A DNA stretch of 55,968 nt, counting the filler, from Perkinsus olseni (taxonomy: Eukaryota), in NCBI GenBank assembly GCA_013115125.1. It is 2 parts of 2 records of this genome, joined end to end, with 100 filler letters (N's around TTAATTAATTAA, not from the genome) between each part and the next. Parts side by side here need not be neighbours in the genome. Positions count along the whole stretch, not along the records: positions 1 to 27,991 come from JABANN010000457.1; 1 more part is not named here. The stretch is one strand, 5' to 3'. Below the pieces are notes generated by a model, which had not been told where the DNA came from, searched no databases, and saw nothing but the letters and a program-made list of their open reading frames with translations. The translations under genes and the position numbers were made by a program. Positions 11,360-23,416 of this stretch are shown piece by piece. The first letter of the stretch is position 1. Each line of letters opens with the position of its first letter.

Positions 11360-12135
11360 GGCGAGGAGGCTCTCAACTGCTCAGGATTTCGAGGTAAATG
11401 CGGCGCTTCTTTGAACTTCCCCGTCACACTACACTGACCGACGCAAAGCTGCTAGTTAGATCACATGGAAGCACTTCATCAAAGATGACTGAATGAAATA
11501 TTGATGCATGCGGGTGAAGACTGTGCTCGGAAAGGCTGATGGTTTCACGCAAGTCCCTCGCCATGCTCTTCCCCAATTGGGGGACCCCAAACTGCGAGCT
11601 TCCCCAACTCTCTGGAATTTATGTTCCAATAATCATGTCCGACAAAGAAGAGTACGTTGCCATACACCGATGCCTGAATTCGAAAAATCGTCGTTGTATA
11701 CCAATCGCAGGTCCAAGATACGAGCATCAATGCTCGAGTTCGTTCGTCTGTATCCTACTGTAGCCTGAAGAGAGCTGAACAGCCAGTGATTGGCCCCGAA
11801 GGAAAATGCGTAGAGGCCTCTCGCGTTGAACAAACCGACGAAGATCGCGCAAAGAGCTCAGTAGCTACCTCTATAGAGCACCAGAAGGTCCCTGCCGAGT
11901 CGCATCACTTGGAGAGGTACCACCGAAATATTGCCTACCCCGTATTACTGTGAACTTCTCCTTCCAAACTTCTGCGGCTCAACCCATACGATCCGAACTC
12001 GGACCGTGGGCGTGCGCGGATCTTTCGACTGCTTGGATGTTCAAAAAATAATGCGTTGTTGCAGGCCTATCGGGCAAATTTCACCTCCCGATGTCAGACG
12101 TGTATAATTTCGTTTCCACTCAAAAAAACCTCCCG

Positions 12136-13570
12136 ATGTCATTACTCTACAAGGATGCGGCGGCGGTCGTGGATAAAGTCACAGCTCAAGGCGTCGGCCT
12201 CCGCGAAGCGTTCTACAAGTCCGAATTGAAGAGCTCGAACCCTCAAAAAGTCTACGCGTTAGTGTGCAAAACGGTGAAGTCCCGAAAGCGCATAGAGTCC
12301 GCACTGCGATCGGCCGGCCTTCTGGACACTCTGGCGGACCGCAGTCTAGGTCTGGTGATGGCCTATGACTTGATGTATGGCCAGGGCTTACGAGGTGGGG
12401 GTAAACTTGCCCGAATGCTGAACGACAAGGCGGCCGTCTTGAAGAGGGCGGTGCAGGATGATAAGGCGACTAGTAGCGAGGATGCCGGTGCTCAGCTTCC
12501 GCGGTATGTCCGTGTGAATCTCGCGGATCTATCTAGGGAAGATGCTATCAACAAGCTAGCGGCGATTGGTATCAAGGCGAAGGCCGACGAGCTTATACCG
12601 GACGTAAGAACGCACGTCGTTACCATGGGACCGAGTATACTCTTTCTATCAGGTTATTAAGGTGGATCCCTCGAACTCGAAGGCCCTTGTGGAGTCCTCA
12701 CTAGTAAAGGACTTCACTCTCGTCTTACAGGATCGCGGGAGTTGCCTCTCGGCTCACTCTCTACTGGCTGGCGTTCAACCCGGCGAGAACATCACGGTCG
12801 TGGATGCATGTGCTTCACCGGGATCCAAGACCATACATTTACTTCAGCTCATGAGGTATCGCAAGATAGATGGGTTGATGGTGGCCATGGAGCTGGATCC
12901 GAAGCGGGCTAAGGTGCTACTGGATCGGCTGGCCAAGGCGGGGTTCCTACCAGATGATCGAAAGGCGTCAGGAGAGGTTGTTCACCTATCTGCTGCCCAT
13001 AGTCCCGGGATTAGCGTCGAAGTGCGGATCGGAGATTTCATAAAGTACATTTCGCCCGAAGTCACTCACGTGAATTTGGATCCAAGTTGCAGTGGCTCCG
13101 GTCTAGTAGACGTCCACGCTGACTCGGAGAGTGTCGGCGCTCAAAGACTGCGCAAGCTATCTTCCTTCCAATGCCGCATGCTAGACCACGCCTTGACCGC
13201 CTTCCCCGCCGTTAGGACTGTCTGCTACAGTACGTGCAGTATCAGAAATGAAGAGAATGGTGAGGTCGTGAAGAAGGCTCTGAATAGAGTACAAAGCGGC
13301 TATAGGAGGGAGTGGCCCTTTGAAGTGGGATCCTGCTGGAAGGACCCCACTCACGGTGCGCGGGATGTTCAAGTCCGACCTGAAGTGGATCGCTGTCGAG
13401 GGTTTTATCTCTGCAAGCTCGTCAAGGACGCTGGTGTCAAGCGTAGAAGGTCAAGTGACGATGTCACTGGGGCGGTGGAAAAGTCGGTTACGGCTGCCCC
13501 TCAGAGTCGAGCGAACGCCAAAAAGCACAAGCGGTCTTCAAAGGCTAGGGGCATCACTATTACCAAGTGA
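12136..13570 (+). CDS. NSUN5: NSUN5/Rcm1-type LSU rRNA cytosine-C5 methyltransferase (one intron ~12604-12651; alternative in-frame ATG at 12091)
   Basis: MSLLYKDAAAVV start, LPRYVRVN, LQDRGSCL, VVDACASPGSKT, LDPSCSGSG, VCYSTCSI motifs. Confidence 0.9.
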
Positions 13571-13665
13571 CTACTAACGTATTTCTTCGAACCTTCGTCT
13601 TGCCTTGTTAATCACTTGGCCATGGACTGGAATGTCGTTGATCTGAACACTGTGTTAGCGGCATC

Positions 13666-14730
13666 ATGTTCGACTCTCGTCCTGTGAAAGGGAACCCTGG
13701 CAGCTCCTCGAGAGCTGCGGCTGTGCGGATTTTCATAATACTCACTGTCATCGGTGTGGTCGGATGTTTTGCAGCACTTTCCCATCGTGTCAACGGCGCC
13801 AGCTTGAAGCAGGTGAGCCTTCCAGTGCCTCGTTCTCAGATGCGAACCGCCCGATTGTATTCCGAGAGCGCGCTGCTCTTTCAAACTCACTGAGGTGTCT
13901 GGTCCCTATTCAGGTGCAGACTGAGATTGCATCGGTGGAAGCGATCTTGGAAGATTTGCGTAAATACTGGAGATCAATCTCTGTTGGAAAATTTCCGCCG
14001 ATTTGTGAATCAGGAAGGGACGCGAAACAGCTTGATGCGAATCTCCGCACAATTCACGACGATCTCAAGAAAGCCGTTGATGCACAGAGGGATGACCGAA
14101 ACCAAGTCATGTCCCTCACGAAAAGCCTCGGCGGTAGTGCATCAGCTCATACCCATTCGGATCATTGAGTCAGGAGTGGACCTCGGCCAGCTCAGCAGGA
14201 GGCTCACCTCTCTTCAAGAGGAAGCCACTCAAAAGTTCGCTGCTCTGGAGCAACAAATTGCCAGGACGAGAGAACAGGGAAGTAGCTTTGTGAACGAAGT
14301 CTCAAACGGGAAGGTGGATTTTATGAGGTGAAGGACTTCTAGGACTCGTGCGGCATGATCCCTCTCAGGCTCGTTGAGGACCGCAACGAGCTCGAAAGCC
14401 GATTAGGAGCTACAGAGAAGAGGCTGACGGAGCGTCTGACGGCACTTGAGGAACTCGAAAAATCGAGGCATAACCCGAAAGATATTCAAGAGGCCTCGCT
14501 GCTCCGTGGGCAGGTACGTGCTGTGGACAACAGCCTGTGGTGTGTATCCAAGCCCTTTGCTGTCATATTACGTGTATCGCTCGGTCAGATCCACGCTCAA
14601 GAGGCGCGAATCAACACTCTGCTCGCTGAGAGTGCTCATCCAGTCAGAGCTCCTGGGCTGTCGCACTGATGCGCACTCTAGCCGTCGCGTCGTCTTACTG
14701 TGAGCTGCCGCGGACCGCTCGATCATGATA
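13666..14730 (+). CDS. Type II membrane / signal-anchored coiled-coil protein, unknown function (3' end approximate)
   Basis: Hydrophobic IFIILTVIGVVGCFAAL followed by in-frame spliceable heptad-rich exons (LSRRLTSLQEEATQKFAALEQQIA; LESRLGATEKRLTERLTALEELEK). Confidence 0.6.
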
Positions 14731-15888
14731 CATGTCGAGTATTATTGAGGTCTCCAAGATTCCATGCTGTCAATTTGGGAGTGATAGTTGGTCTGGCTCA
14801 ACTAGGCCAAGTTAGAACCCTCGTCCGCATCGACTTGACGCGAGGTCGTGCGTGTTTACAGTAGAGAGATGCACGCGGGAAAGTGAGTCCTGTGGCACGC
14901 TGTCTGCAGACACTACGAAGAAGAATAAACTCGGTTTCTCTGCAGTGACGATCTCAATCTTGAAAACTCTAATTAGCACGGCGGCCGCCAAAACAGCTGA
15001 AAGTAGTGTAGCGGCTCTTGGTCTTCCGAGCCAGTGGTGCTAGGAAGAGTATAAGCTAACATTACCCACATATATGACACTCAGCCGCCGCGGCCTCGAT
15101 CAGCCAGGAAATGAGCCCCATTAGATCCACTAGAGTCTTCCTGCTATGCGCTATAACCACACGTTAGGACAGAGAATCCGCTCAACGGTCTCGAGGAAGA
15201 GTCAGCGAGAGAGTGTTTTGCCTTTTACTGAATGTGACTCGCGCGCCTCATTGCATAGTACTGTGTTAAACGCAAGACCATTTACTTACGCGGATACCTC
15301 TGGGATAAACCAACCGTCACACCCAATTACGCGTAATTTAAACCACGACTCGGCAGCTGCAACTAACGACACCTGTGGATGCCTAGAATCATCCTGGGAA
15401 CTACAAACTGCCATACTGGGCAGCGCATACACCAGCAGCTCACTAGTAAGACGGCGGTAGTGATGATCTACATAAGATAGGCTCTTATAACACGGCTCTA
15501 ACTGATACTCTTCTTATTAGCTTCTACGGGCTAGCAACAATATCGGTGTAGGATCAATGCGGGGTGTAATGACAATAATGATAGTTAAAATCGTATAAGA
15601 TATCTAATAGTGTGTGTGCCACTGCATCCGCAGTTCTATCACTGAACACACTAAGCATTACAAAGATATGCGCATGAACGCAAGCGACACATGACGCAAT
15701 ATCAGAGTAAGGTTTTCACAAATAAATCGTTCGACAAATGGTACCAGTAACACCCACCGCATTAAGAGAAGCTGGCGCGCCTATTGAAACCTCATAGTTG
15801 AAAATGAATCGTTGGGCGCTCGGTAGGCGCTACGATCCACTACAGATATCACACCACAACCGTCGCTAGTGCTGCAGTACATAGTCAT

Positions 15889-16785
15889 CTAGTAATAACT
15901 ACGGCCCTTCCCCTTGCCCCCCTTCCCACCACGACCCTTGCCATATGGGCGTCGATAGCCTCCGAAGGGTCGGCGCTGGGCAGCAATCGCCCCGAAAGTC
16001 TCCTTATCCGTAGCTCGCTGTTTGGCCCTCTGGTCGATGATAGCCGGATCGACGGCACCTTGAGCACCTCGCTCTCTACGATCAAGAGCGTCACAGGAAA
16101 TGTCGTCAAAGAAGCCTTTGGTCTTGTTGTAACCAGTTCTAACAGTAGTACCAGCGGTAGAGACCGCGCTCTCGTCGGGCTTTTCCAGTTTCGTGGCGTT
16201 ACCAGCATAGTCGAACTCTTCCTTCACCTCAGCCTTGGCCTCGGGGTTCACGTTAGGGACCAATTCACCGACGGGACCCGTACGAGTGGGAGGCCTTCTA
16301 TGAGGCCTATCGGTGCGACCGTATCCACCAGAGTATCCACCAGAGTACCCACCATAGTAACTTCCTTTGCCATAACCTCGTTGGTAACCCTTACCACCTC
16401 CACCATATCCCCAGCTGCCACGATCCTCCCAACGGCCACGGCCACCCCTGTCATCTCTCGGCTGACGGTTGCCAGCAGCAACCTTGGGAGCTTGATTCAT
16501 GCTCACAATAGCGGGATCCGCCAGAGGGCCAGTCTTCTGGCCTGCACCTTCGAGAACAGTCAAGTCCTTGATATCCTTGCCTCGGAATATGATAAAGTCG
16601 TAGACCTCGTCGCTCGGGGGCACGTTGGGGATCTTGCGGCCTTCTGTACCAAACGACTTGACGTTCTGCAAGGCTATAGTGGACTCCTCGGTGTTGATCG
16701 TGTAGAGTATGCCTTCATAACGGATCTCGGCGTTGGAAATGAGGGAGATTTTACTCCCGATATAGGGAAGTGATGAGCCACTCAT
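15889..16785 (-). CDS. LSM14: LSM14/Scd6/RAP55 (CITH-like) mRNA-repression / P-body protein, intronless CDS
   Basis: [25 protein letters not shown]...VKSFGTEGR...[14 protein letters not shown] (Lsm14 N-domain); RGG/GYG-rich middle; EFDY (FDF-like), FFDDISC and ETFG boxes. Confidence 0.95.
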   Translation of the reverse strand: MSGSSLPYIGSKISLISNAEIRYEGILYTINTEESTIALQNVKSFGTEGRKIPNVPPSDEVYDFIIFRGKDIKDLTVLEGAGQKTGPLADPAIVSMNQAPKVAAGNRQPRDDRGGRGRWEDRGSWGYGGGGKGYQRGYGKGSYYGGYSGGYSGGYGRTDRPHRRPPTRTGPVGELVPNVNPEAKAEVKEEFDYAGNATKLEKPDESAVSTAGTTVRTGYNKTKGFFDDISCDALDRRERGAQGAVDPAIIDQRAKQRATDKETFGAIAAQRRPFGGYRRPYGKGRGGKGGKGKGRSYY

Positions 16786-17713
16786 GAACCGGGCGTGATG
16801 AGTCAATAACGGGGAACGCTCAGCGAGCTTTCAAAATCTGACAGAGAGGAATATCTCGCTCGATGCGAGAACCTACCTCACTAAATGGAACTGAAACGGC
16901 CAGCGAACAGTAATCGATCATGGTACTTGCACGCAAGCGCAAGGCACGCGCCGTGACCCCCGAGCAGTCAGCCTCGATTCACGACAGTCCAGGCCAGGCA
17001 AGTTGCTCACTTGACGATGCAAACGAAACCCTATCCGAACTGCTACTACTGGAGAGTCAAGACCAGCAGCGAATCGCCAAGCACTCTAAAGAGACTAATT
17101 AGAGACCCATGCACGCATGCGCAACCAAAGGGCGACGTCACATGCTGATCGCAAAGAAGGCTGTTTGACGGGGAGCAAACACTCTTGAGAGCTCCAGTAT
17201 GAGATTACACGCGCCAACACCATGATCCACGAAACAGCCCAACTCGACATTCAACTCAAGTCGTAAAGGGTCTCAGGAAATCGATTTCGGGCGGGCGAGA
17301 ATACGAGATTGCTACACTTCGAAACTTCTTTTTGTCGCGGTAGGGGCCGCTGGTGTGAATGGGGTAACTGACGTGTGGACTGCGCAGGCACATTCCTACA
17401 CCGGATGATCCTTGGCGGATCTAGGACTCCTTCTTAGTGTGGGGAAGCTGACTTGTAGTTTTGGCTGAATATGAGTTTCGAGGAATGCAGTGAGGTCACT
17501 GTGGTAGGTCTTTGGAGGGCTCTTCTCCTAGCGTATTGAAGCATCCTGTGCCCGGGCCTTTCCACGCTTGAAGTTCCAGCCTTGGACCCTTTGGAAGCCA
17601 GATTTTTCAATTTGGGGATCATGCGTTGTGCGATGTGTCCCTCACGCATTCTTAGTTTCGGTCAACTGTTGTGGGAGAAGTTACCTTCGTAAGCTGCGTT
17701 TGATACTTTTAAT

Positions 17714-18611
17714 ATGATATCAACGACCGGCCTCGCGGCTTCGCTGATGCTGCGGCGCACAGCTTTGACTGCGACAAGCTGCTTGGCCCCTCGGCGTTCT
17801 TTCAGTGCGGCAGCCACTGCTGCTGCTCTCAACGAGAAATTGACTCCGGAAGAGCAAGCAGAGAAGCAAAGACTCATCAAAGAACTCACGAAGAAGCTTG
17901 CTGGTACGATTGTTTTGACGAGCCAACTTTTGGGCTCTATCTTTCGTGAGAGTATCCTCTGATAATGCTCCACTCCTGCAGGTCCGCTAGCTGACGAGAA
18001 CGGCAATGTCCCTACTGGTAAGGATCGCCCAATCGCCATTGAAGTGGATGGTCCCAGCCACTTCTATGCAAACAGCACCAAGTGAAGCCTCGCTTCAGCT
18101 TCCGAGTCTGATGTGATATCTTCATGCAGGTACACGGCGTACACCAAGTTGAAACACCGCTTATTGACGCGGATGGGCTACAAAGTCCTGCACGTGCCTT
18201 ACTTTGAGTGGAGGAAACTGCGCGGTGCCAAGGAGAGAGAGGAATACATGCGAACCAAGCTGAAGTGAGTTGCGGGATTCGGGCCGCGGATTTCTGATTG
18301 GATTGTCGCAGGGAAGAACCGACTGAGTGGCTCGATCCTGAGGACGAGAAGTATTACGCCTCGCGGCATGCAGAGATGGTTAAAGTGGTTGGTGAAGCCG
18401 AGCTCACTCCCCAGCCCTCGCAGCCAGTAACGGAGTCTGTGGCATCTCCTTCCGGTGCTAACGCGTCGAAGAGCGCTCCTAGTGGTGGACGTGGTACTGA
18501 GTGGACGGGTGGCCTCCGTTCATCCAGTTTGCTCGTATGGTTTCAGTCCCATTCGTCCCCCCACCTCCGCCTCCTCCTCGAGCACCCCCACCGCCGAGGC
18601 CCCAGCCGTAG
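17714..18611 (+). CDS. Short mitochondrial RAP-domain protein
   Basis: Arg/Ala/Ser-rich presequence ([21 protein letters not shown]). Spliced [47 protein letters not shown] is a canonical RAP domain. Pro-rich tail. Confidence 0.88.
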
Positions 18612-18919
18612 TGTGAGAGCGTTTCCGAACATGATTCAGTCATAATCTCGTCATACTTGTCATTCACTTTCGTCGCGGATGGTGGGCTCGCGGTGCCTAA
18701 TTACATAAATATATGACGACCTGTTGTGATGCGATAATGACGTTTCAGTTTCATCTCTCCCATTGGGTTGAGCGGAATTTTGAGGGTGCAAGCTTCAATA
18801 CTGATGCTACGGTAGTTCGCTGGCAACCGTAATGGTGGAATGACTGAGTCGATGCTATCGCTGCGAGTACAGCAGTGAGAACATAACGACTTCATCTCGT
18901 ACTTGCAGTGTCCGATGTT

Positions 18920-19381
18920 ATGTCTTTCGACCTGTCCACTGTGACCCCCTTCCGTCGTCGGGTGTACGAAGCATTGCTGGAAGTTCCTAAGGGGAAGGTC
19001 ACCACTTACAGGGAGCTTTCGCGAAGAATCAATTGTGGGTAATTACCGGCTTGGTGTTCTCTCCCATTCCGCCTGAGTCTCACGTCAGGTCTTGTCAAGC
19101 CGTCGGCCAGGCTTTGAAGTGCAACCCGTTTGCACCTGATGTGCCATGTCATCGTGTCGTTCGGGCTTCGCTGGACATCGGCGGCTTCCATGGCCACACC
19201 GACAAGGATTCTGTAATAATATGGAGCCCCGTCGAGCCCAACTGATGTCCTCTGTCGCTTAGCTCTATCATCTCAGACGTATGTCCAGCGAAAGATAGCC
19301 CTGCTGCGCGAAGAGGGCGTTGAGCTCGTTGAGGATGCCACCGCAGTTCGAGTAAATCGGAAATGTTTGTATCGCTACTGA
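18920..19381 (+). CDS. O6-alkylguanine-DNA alkyltransferase (MGMT/Ogt C-terminal domain only), 3 exons
   Basis: TPFRRRVYEALLEVPKGKVTTYRELS...QAVGQALKCNPFAPDVPCHRVV...QRKIALLREEGV; active-site PCHR intact. Confidence 0.9.
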
Positions 19382-19511
19382 ACCCCTCATGCACGTGATT
19401 TTCCAACCACCAGTTGTTGAGTTGAACCTTGGGGCAAGTGGGGTTTGCCAACCACATTGTCTCTCAGTCTTTGAGCTTCTCGTCTTTTCGTTGCTTTCGC
19501 CTGCCCTGCTC

Positions 19512-20291
19512 ATGACCGTAGGCCATCACCTGGCTTCTCGGCTCTCTACTGCTGCTGCTGCTCCTGCTAGCTCTGCTTCTGGATCTCGTCTCACTCGAAA
19601 CGTCAGGTTGATCATTTTTGATTGGGACTCCACCTTCGCGGAGCGTTCGGGCAAGCTGAACCAGGCTAAGGTCCTGTACTGGCTGCGTGAACTGCGCAGG
19701 GTTACTGACGCCACAATTGGCATCATGAGCTACAACACTCAAGGCGTTGCATCTGAGGACTCCTTGATCCTCTCCGAGCTCAAGTCGAGTGGCATACTAG
19801 GAGAGTATGTTCACAAAGAGAACATCTGGGGCTACCTCAATGTCTGCCACTGCCGTGAGGATCTCAGGCTGCGCGAAAATATGCACCCCATTTTCTGCGG
19901 CGATATATCCTCGAAGGCGCGGGCGATCGGCCGTATCGCTCGCTGTGCTGGGTTGAAGCCTGAGGAAATCCTCTTCATCGACGACAGCGCTAAGCAGATT
20001 GAACATGCAAGAGCCCTGGGCGTTTGCCATACATACCAAGGGTTTTACAAGAGTCAGATTGGGCTGAGTGACGAGGATTGGAAATCGATCATTGCGTTTC
20101 TGAATGGCCCTGTTGTTGGTCATAGACTCTGGATGGGGTCGTCGCAGACCTCAGCTGGAGTGCTGCGCAAAGCGATTACAAGACGCCCTCTGCCCTCGGC
20201 TGCATCAGGCTTCGATACCGCCCACTCAGTTACTAGTTTCGCCGGCTCCAGGAACGATGTTTCCGTTGCGCCTATTAAAGTTATGGCCTGA
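19512..20291 (+). CDS. HAD-superfamily hydrolase (capless, MDP-1/IIIC-like), intronless; upstream in-frame start at 19389 possible
   Basis: Motif I LIIFDWDSTF, motif II IMSYN, motif III SSKA, motif IV ILFIDDS; Ala/Ser/Arg-rich N-terminus. Confidence 0.8.
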   Translation: MTVGHHLASRLSTAAAAPASSASGSRLTRNVRLIIFDWDSTFAERSGKLNQAKVLYWLRELRRVTDATIGIMSYNTQGVASEDSLILSELKSSGILGEYVHKENIWGYLNVCHCREDLRLRENMHPIFCGDISSKARAIGRIARCAGLKPEEILFIDDSAKQIEHARALGVCHTYQGFYKSQIGLSDEDWKSIIAFLNGPVVGHRLWMGSSQTSAGVLRKAITRRPLPSAASGFDTAHSVTSFAGSRNDVSVAPIKVMA

Positions 20292-21293
20292 TCTCTGTTG
20301 TAACTATTCACTTCATTTCCAAGCCTTTGTTGTACTATCCACATCAACGTCACCTCCGACTCTCGCACGCTCTCTTCGGCCTGCTTGTGTCTGGTGAGTT
20401 GATTCGAGCGGGGAAGATCATTATCCCACTACTGCGCGGGTTCCCTCAGCTCTATCACAGAGCACCTGCTGTACTCGTAGGAACTCATATCACTTAACTC
20501 TCTTATTTTATTTACATGCTAATATCAAAAACACAATTCTGCCAGGCAAATGCGCCTTAGTGGATTCTCGGCCTCATCGTCGAGAGTTCTTATCCACTGT
20601 GCAAGATTTCCGTCTGGTTACGGATGGCTCGGGCCTCCTCCCTTGTCTGATTACTTCTGAAGTTCGCTCTGATCAGTTGTCGTGAGACAAGGCCAACAAC
20701 ACTAGACGGCTGCATATCAATGTGTAGTCTGTTGTAGAAAGTTTGTTTTTTCCGAGGAGATCGCGTGGACGATGACGGTTCACTTGGAAGCGTAAAAGTT
20801 GGTTGTTGTTTGGTTACTACAGTTCATGCCTGGGGGAGGATAACTTTTAGGTATCATAATAGGATCATAAGGCTTCGGGAACTAATAGTACGCAGTAGCG
20901 GTTCACAGCAGTGGTTCATCGACGTAGGCTTATGGCGGTGTACGCCTCGGAGGGATATCGCCGAAATTTACGCTCAAACCACCATCGGCGATGGCACTGA
21001 AAAACTCATTTTCCCGGCCGAAATTACGTGCGATCAACTGGAAGAACGGAGTAAGCTATTGTGGATAACTGGTGCAACACAAGCATGTAGTAGTACATTG
21101 ACACTTTTCTATCACGCATTAACACAGCAATAACCGTAGCTTAATCTCGTCGTCGGGAGACAATCACAGGTATTGAGGAAGCTAAATTAGAATGTTACCA
21201 GAGCGAATCTGTCCACCCATCAGCGAACTTCAGAAGCCACGGTTATCTATACTTCAACGCTGGTGATAAAAGTCACGAGATCGCTTCGGTTCA

Positions 21294-23416
21294 TCATTGT
21301 TTCCTCATCATTATGACAAACTCCTCGAAATCAATTTCACCATCTCCGTCAGCATCGACCTCCTGCAGGATCTCATCGAGGTGGCCTTCCACTATGTCAC
21401 TAACAGCCCCATTATGGAGGACTTGAGCGAGCTCACTCCGAGTGATCTTTCCGTCGCCATCGACGTCGAAGACTCTGAATGCGGCCCACAGGCGATCTTC
21501 TTGAATATACTTCTTGCCTGAGATGCAACAGCATCAAAACCAAGGGGGAGAACTTCATTCAAGAAAGGGCAGACGCCGATCACCCTTCTGAACGCTCTTA
21601 CGATCAAGCGTGGCCGCTATGAACTCGGTGTAGTCAATCACGCCCGATCCGTCAGCGTCAACTTGTTTCATGATCTCCATTAGGTTGTCCGGTATCTCCT
21701 TGAGCCCTGACATAAAGCTTGATGAGCGCCTAGCGAGCATTGGATAGTGCCAAGCTCCGATACGGCAAGCACCGAGAGGAGAGGATGTCATGTACAATGT
21801 ACATTGTACATTCCGCGGAACAAGAGGACTTGCCTACCAGCTTGGTTGATTCCCTCAACGATTTCGTGCACGGTGAGCTGCCCATCACCATTCTTGTCGA
21901 TTGAAATGAAGATCTTCTTGAGCTGATCGATTTCTTCATCTGGCAGCTGCTGTGCGATCACATGTAGGGCCGCCTGACCGAAAGCTTTCAACCCATAACA
22001 CAGGGGAAAAGGTTCATCCCGCATAGTCCCGAGTCGGGACTCCCGACACCCCACCTTTTTGAGCTTGTTCTGACTGCGGAAGGACTTCAAGTTATCAATT
22101 TGGGCGCCTTCTAATGGAGCTCCCTGCGCCTTAGGAGCCTTGTTGCGTACCCACAAATGGTTGAGGGCTTGCTCAGCTGAGAAACCACATGGATTTTCCG
22201 GGACTATAATGGAGCCACAATTCAAGTTTTCAGCGCGCAACGGAAAAACGGCATGAGCTCGACCCAGTCCTCACCAGTGTAGCGATCTCGCGGGTTGATC
22301 TTCAGTAACTTCCGAATCAGGTCCTTAGCATCATCCGACACACCCTTCCAATCGGCCGCGTTAAACGTGTAGTTACCAAGCCGCACCTTGGTGAGGACAT
22401 CGGCATCAGTCTCACCGTAGAAAGGCGGATACCCACACAGCAGGATGTACCTATACACAGAAGCTTCAGAGCGCTGTCTGCATCCAGAGAAGAAGGAAAC
22501 GATGCGATGATGACGCAAAAATAATTGAACTGATGCAGTACGCCTTACATAATGACTCCACAGCTCCAAAGATCACACGCCTCGTCATACTTCCCAGCAA
22601 GGACTTGCGGGGCGACATAGTAGGGCGTACCGGCCTTCGTTGTCATGATATCATCCTTCACGAACTTCGTGCTAAGGCCAAAGTCGATAATCTTCAAGCA
22701 AGATTTCTCGAGCGGCTCCTTCGTAGAGAAGAGGAAGTTTTCCGGCTTCAAGTCACGATGCATGATGTGATTCTCATGCATGTAGTAGATGGCTCTGAGG
22801 ATCTGCTGCATGATAATAGCCACCTGGACCTCCGTAAAATGCCCAACTTCAATAATCCTGTCGAAAAGCTCCCCTGACAAGTCAAGCGGCGTGTGCTCAT
22901 CATTCCGAGTGATCCACGAGGGTGCCGTACCTCCTGTGCAAAGCTCCATAACCAAGTAAATGTTACGATGATCTTCGAACGTCTCGAATAGTTTAATAAT
23001 ATTGGGATGGTCGAGCATCTTCATGATCGCTATCTCCTGCTTGAATCTGTCCACATTCTTCACGTGAGACTTCGATATCGTCTTCACCGCACGAACCTGA
23101 ACCACATAGCACTTCCGGGAAGCTCGAACAGAGCGGCCACCGGAACTCACTGCTGCCGTGGACTTGTTAGTCGCCTTGCAGACCGAGCCATATGAACCTT
23201 GACCCAACTTCTTTCCTTCCAAGTCGTAGAACTGCGTGAGCGTCCCCGTGTTGTCTACTATGAAATTAGCCCTAGCAAAGCCGCCTTCGGCAACCTAAAG
23301 TCAGCCGGTACGCGACTCCAGTACGCCCCGGACCAAACCTCCTTCTGAGGAACTTTGCTGGTAGTGCCATTCACGGTGGTGCTGGGCCCCGATTTCGATC
23401 CACATATATTCCCCAT
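21294..23416 (-). CDS. Calcium-dependent protein kinase, paralogue A (kinase + 4 EF hands)
   Basis: MGNICGSK start; [38 protein letters not shown] loops [48 protein letters not shown]. Confidence 0.95.

Noticed and set aside
15460..15505. GTGATGA...CTGA as a C/D-box snoRNA
   Set aside because: Only 46 nt, no convincing terminal stem and no recognisable rRNA guide.
6979..19381. XPG and alkyltransferase as a DNA-repair gene cluster
   Set aside because: Separated by unrelated genes on both strands; no shared regulatory signal seen.
21133..21140. ACCGTAGC matching the start of the spliced leader
   Set aside because: Only 8 nt; the rest of the leader and the donor GT do not follow.
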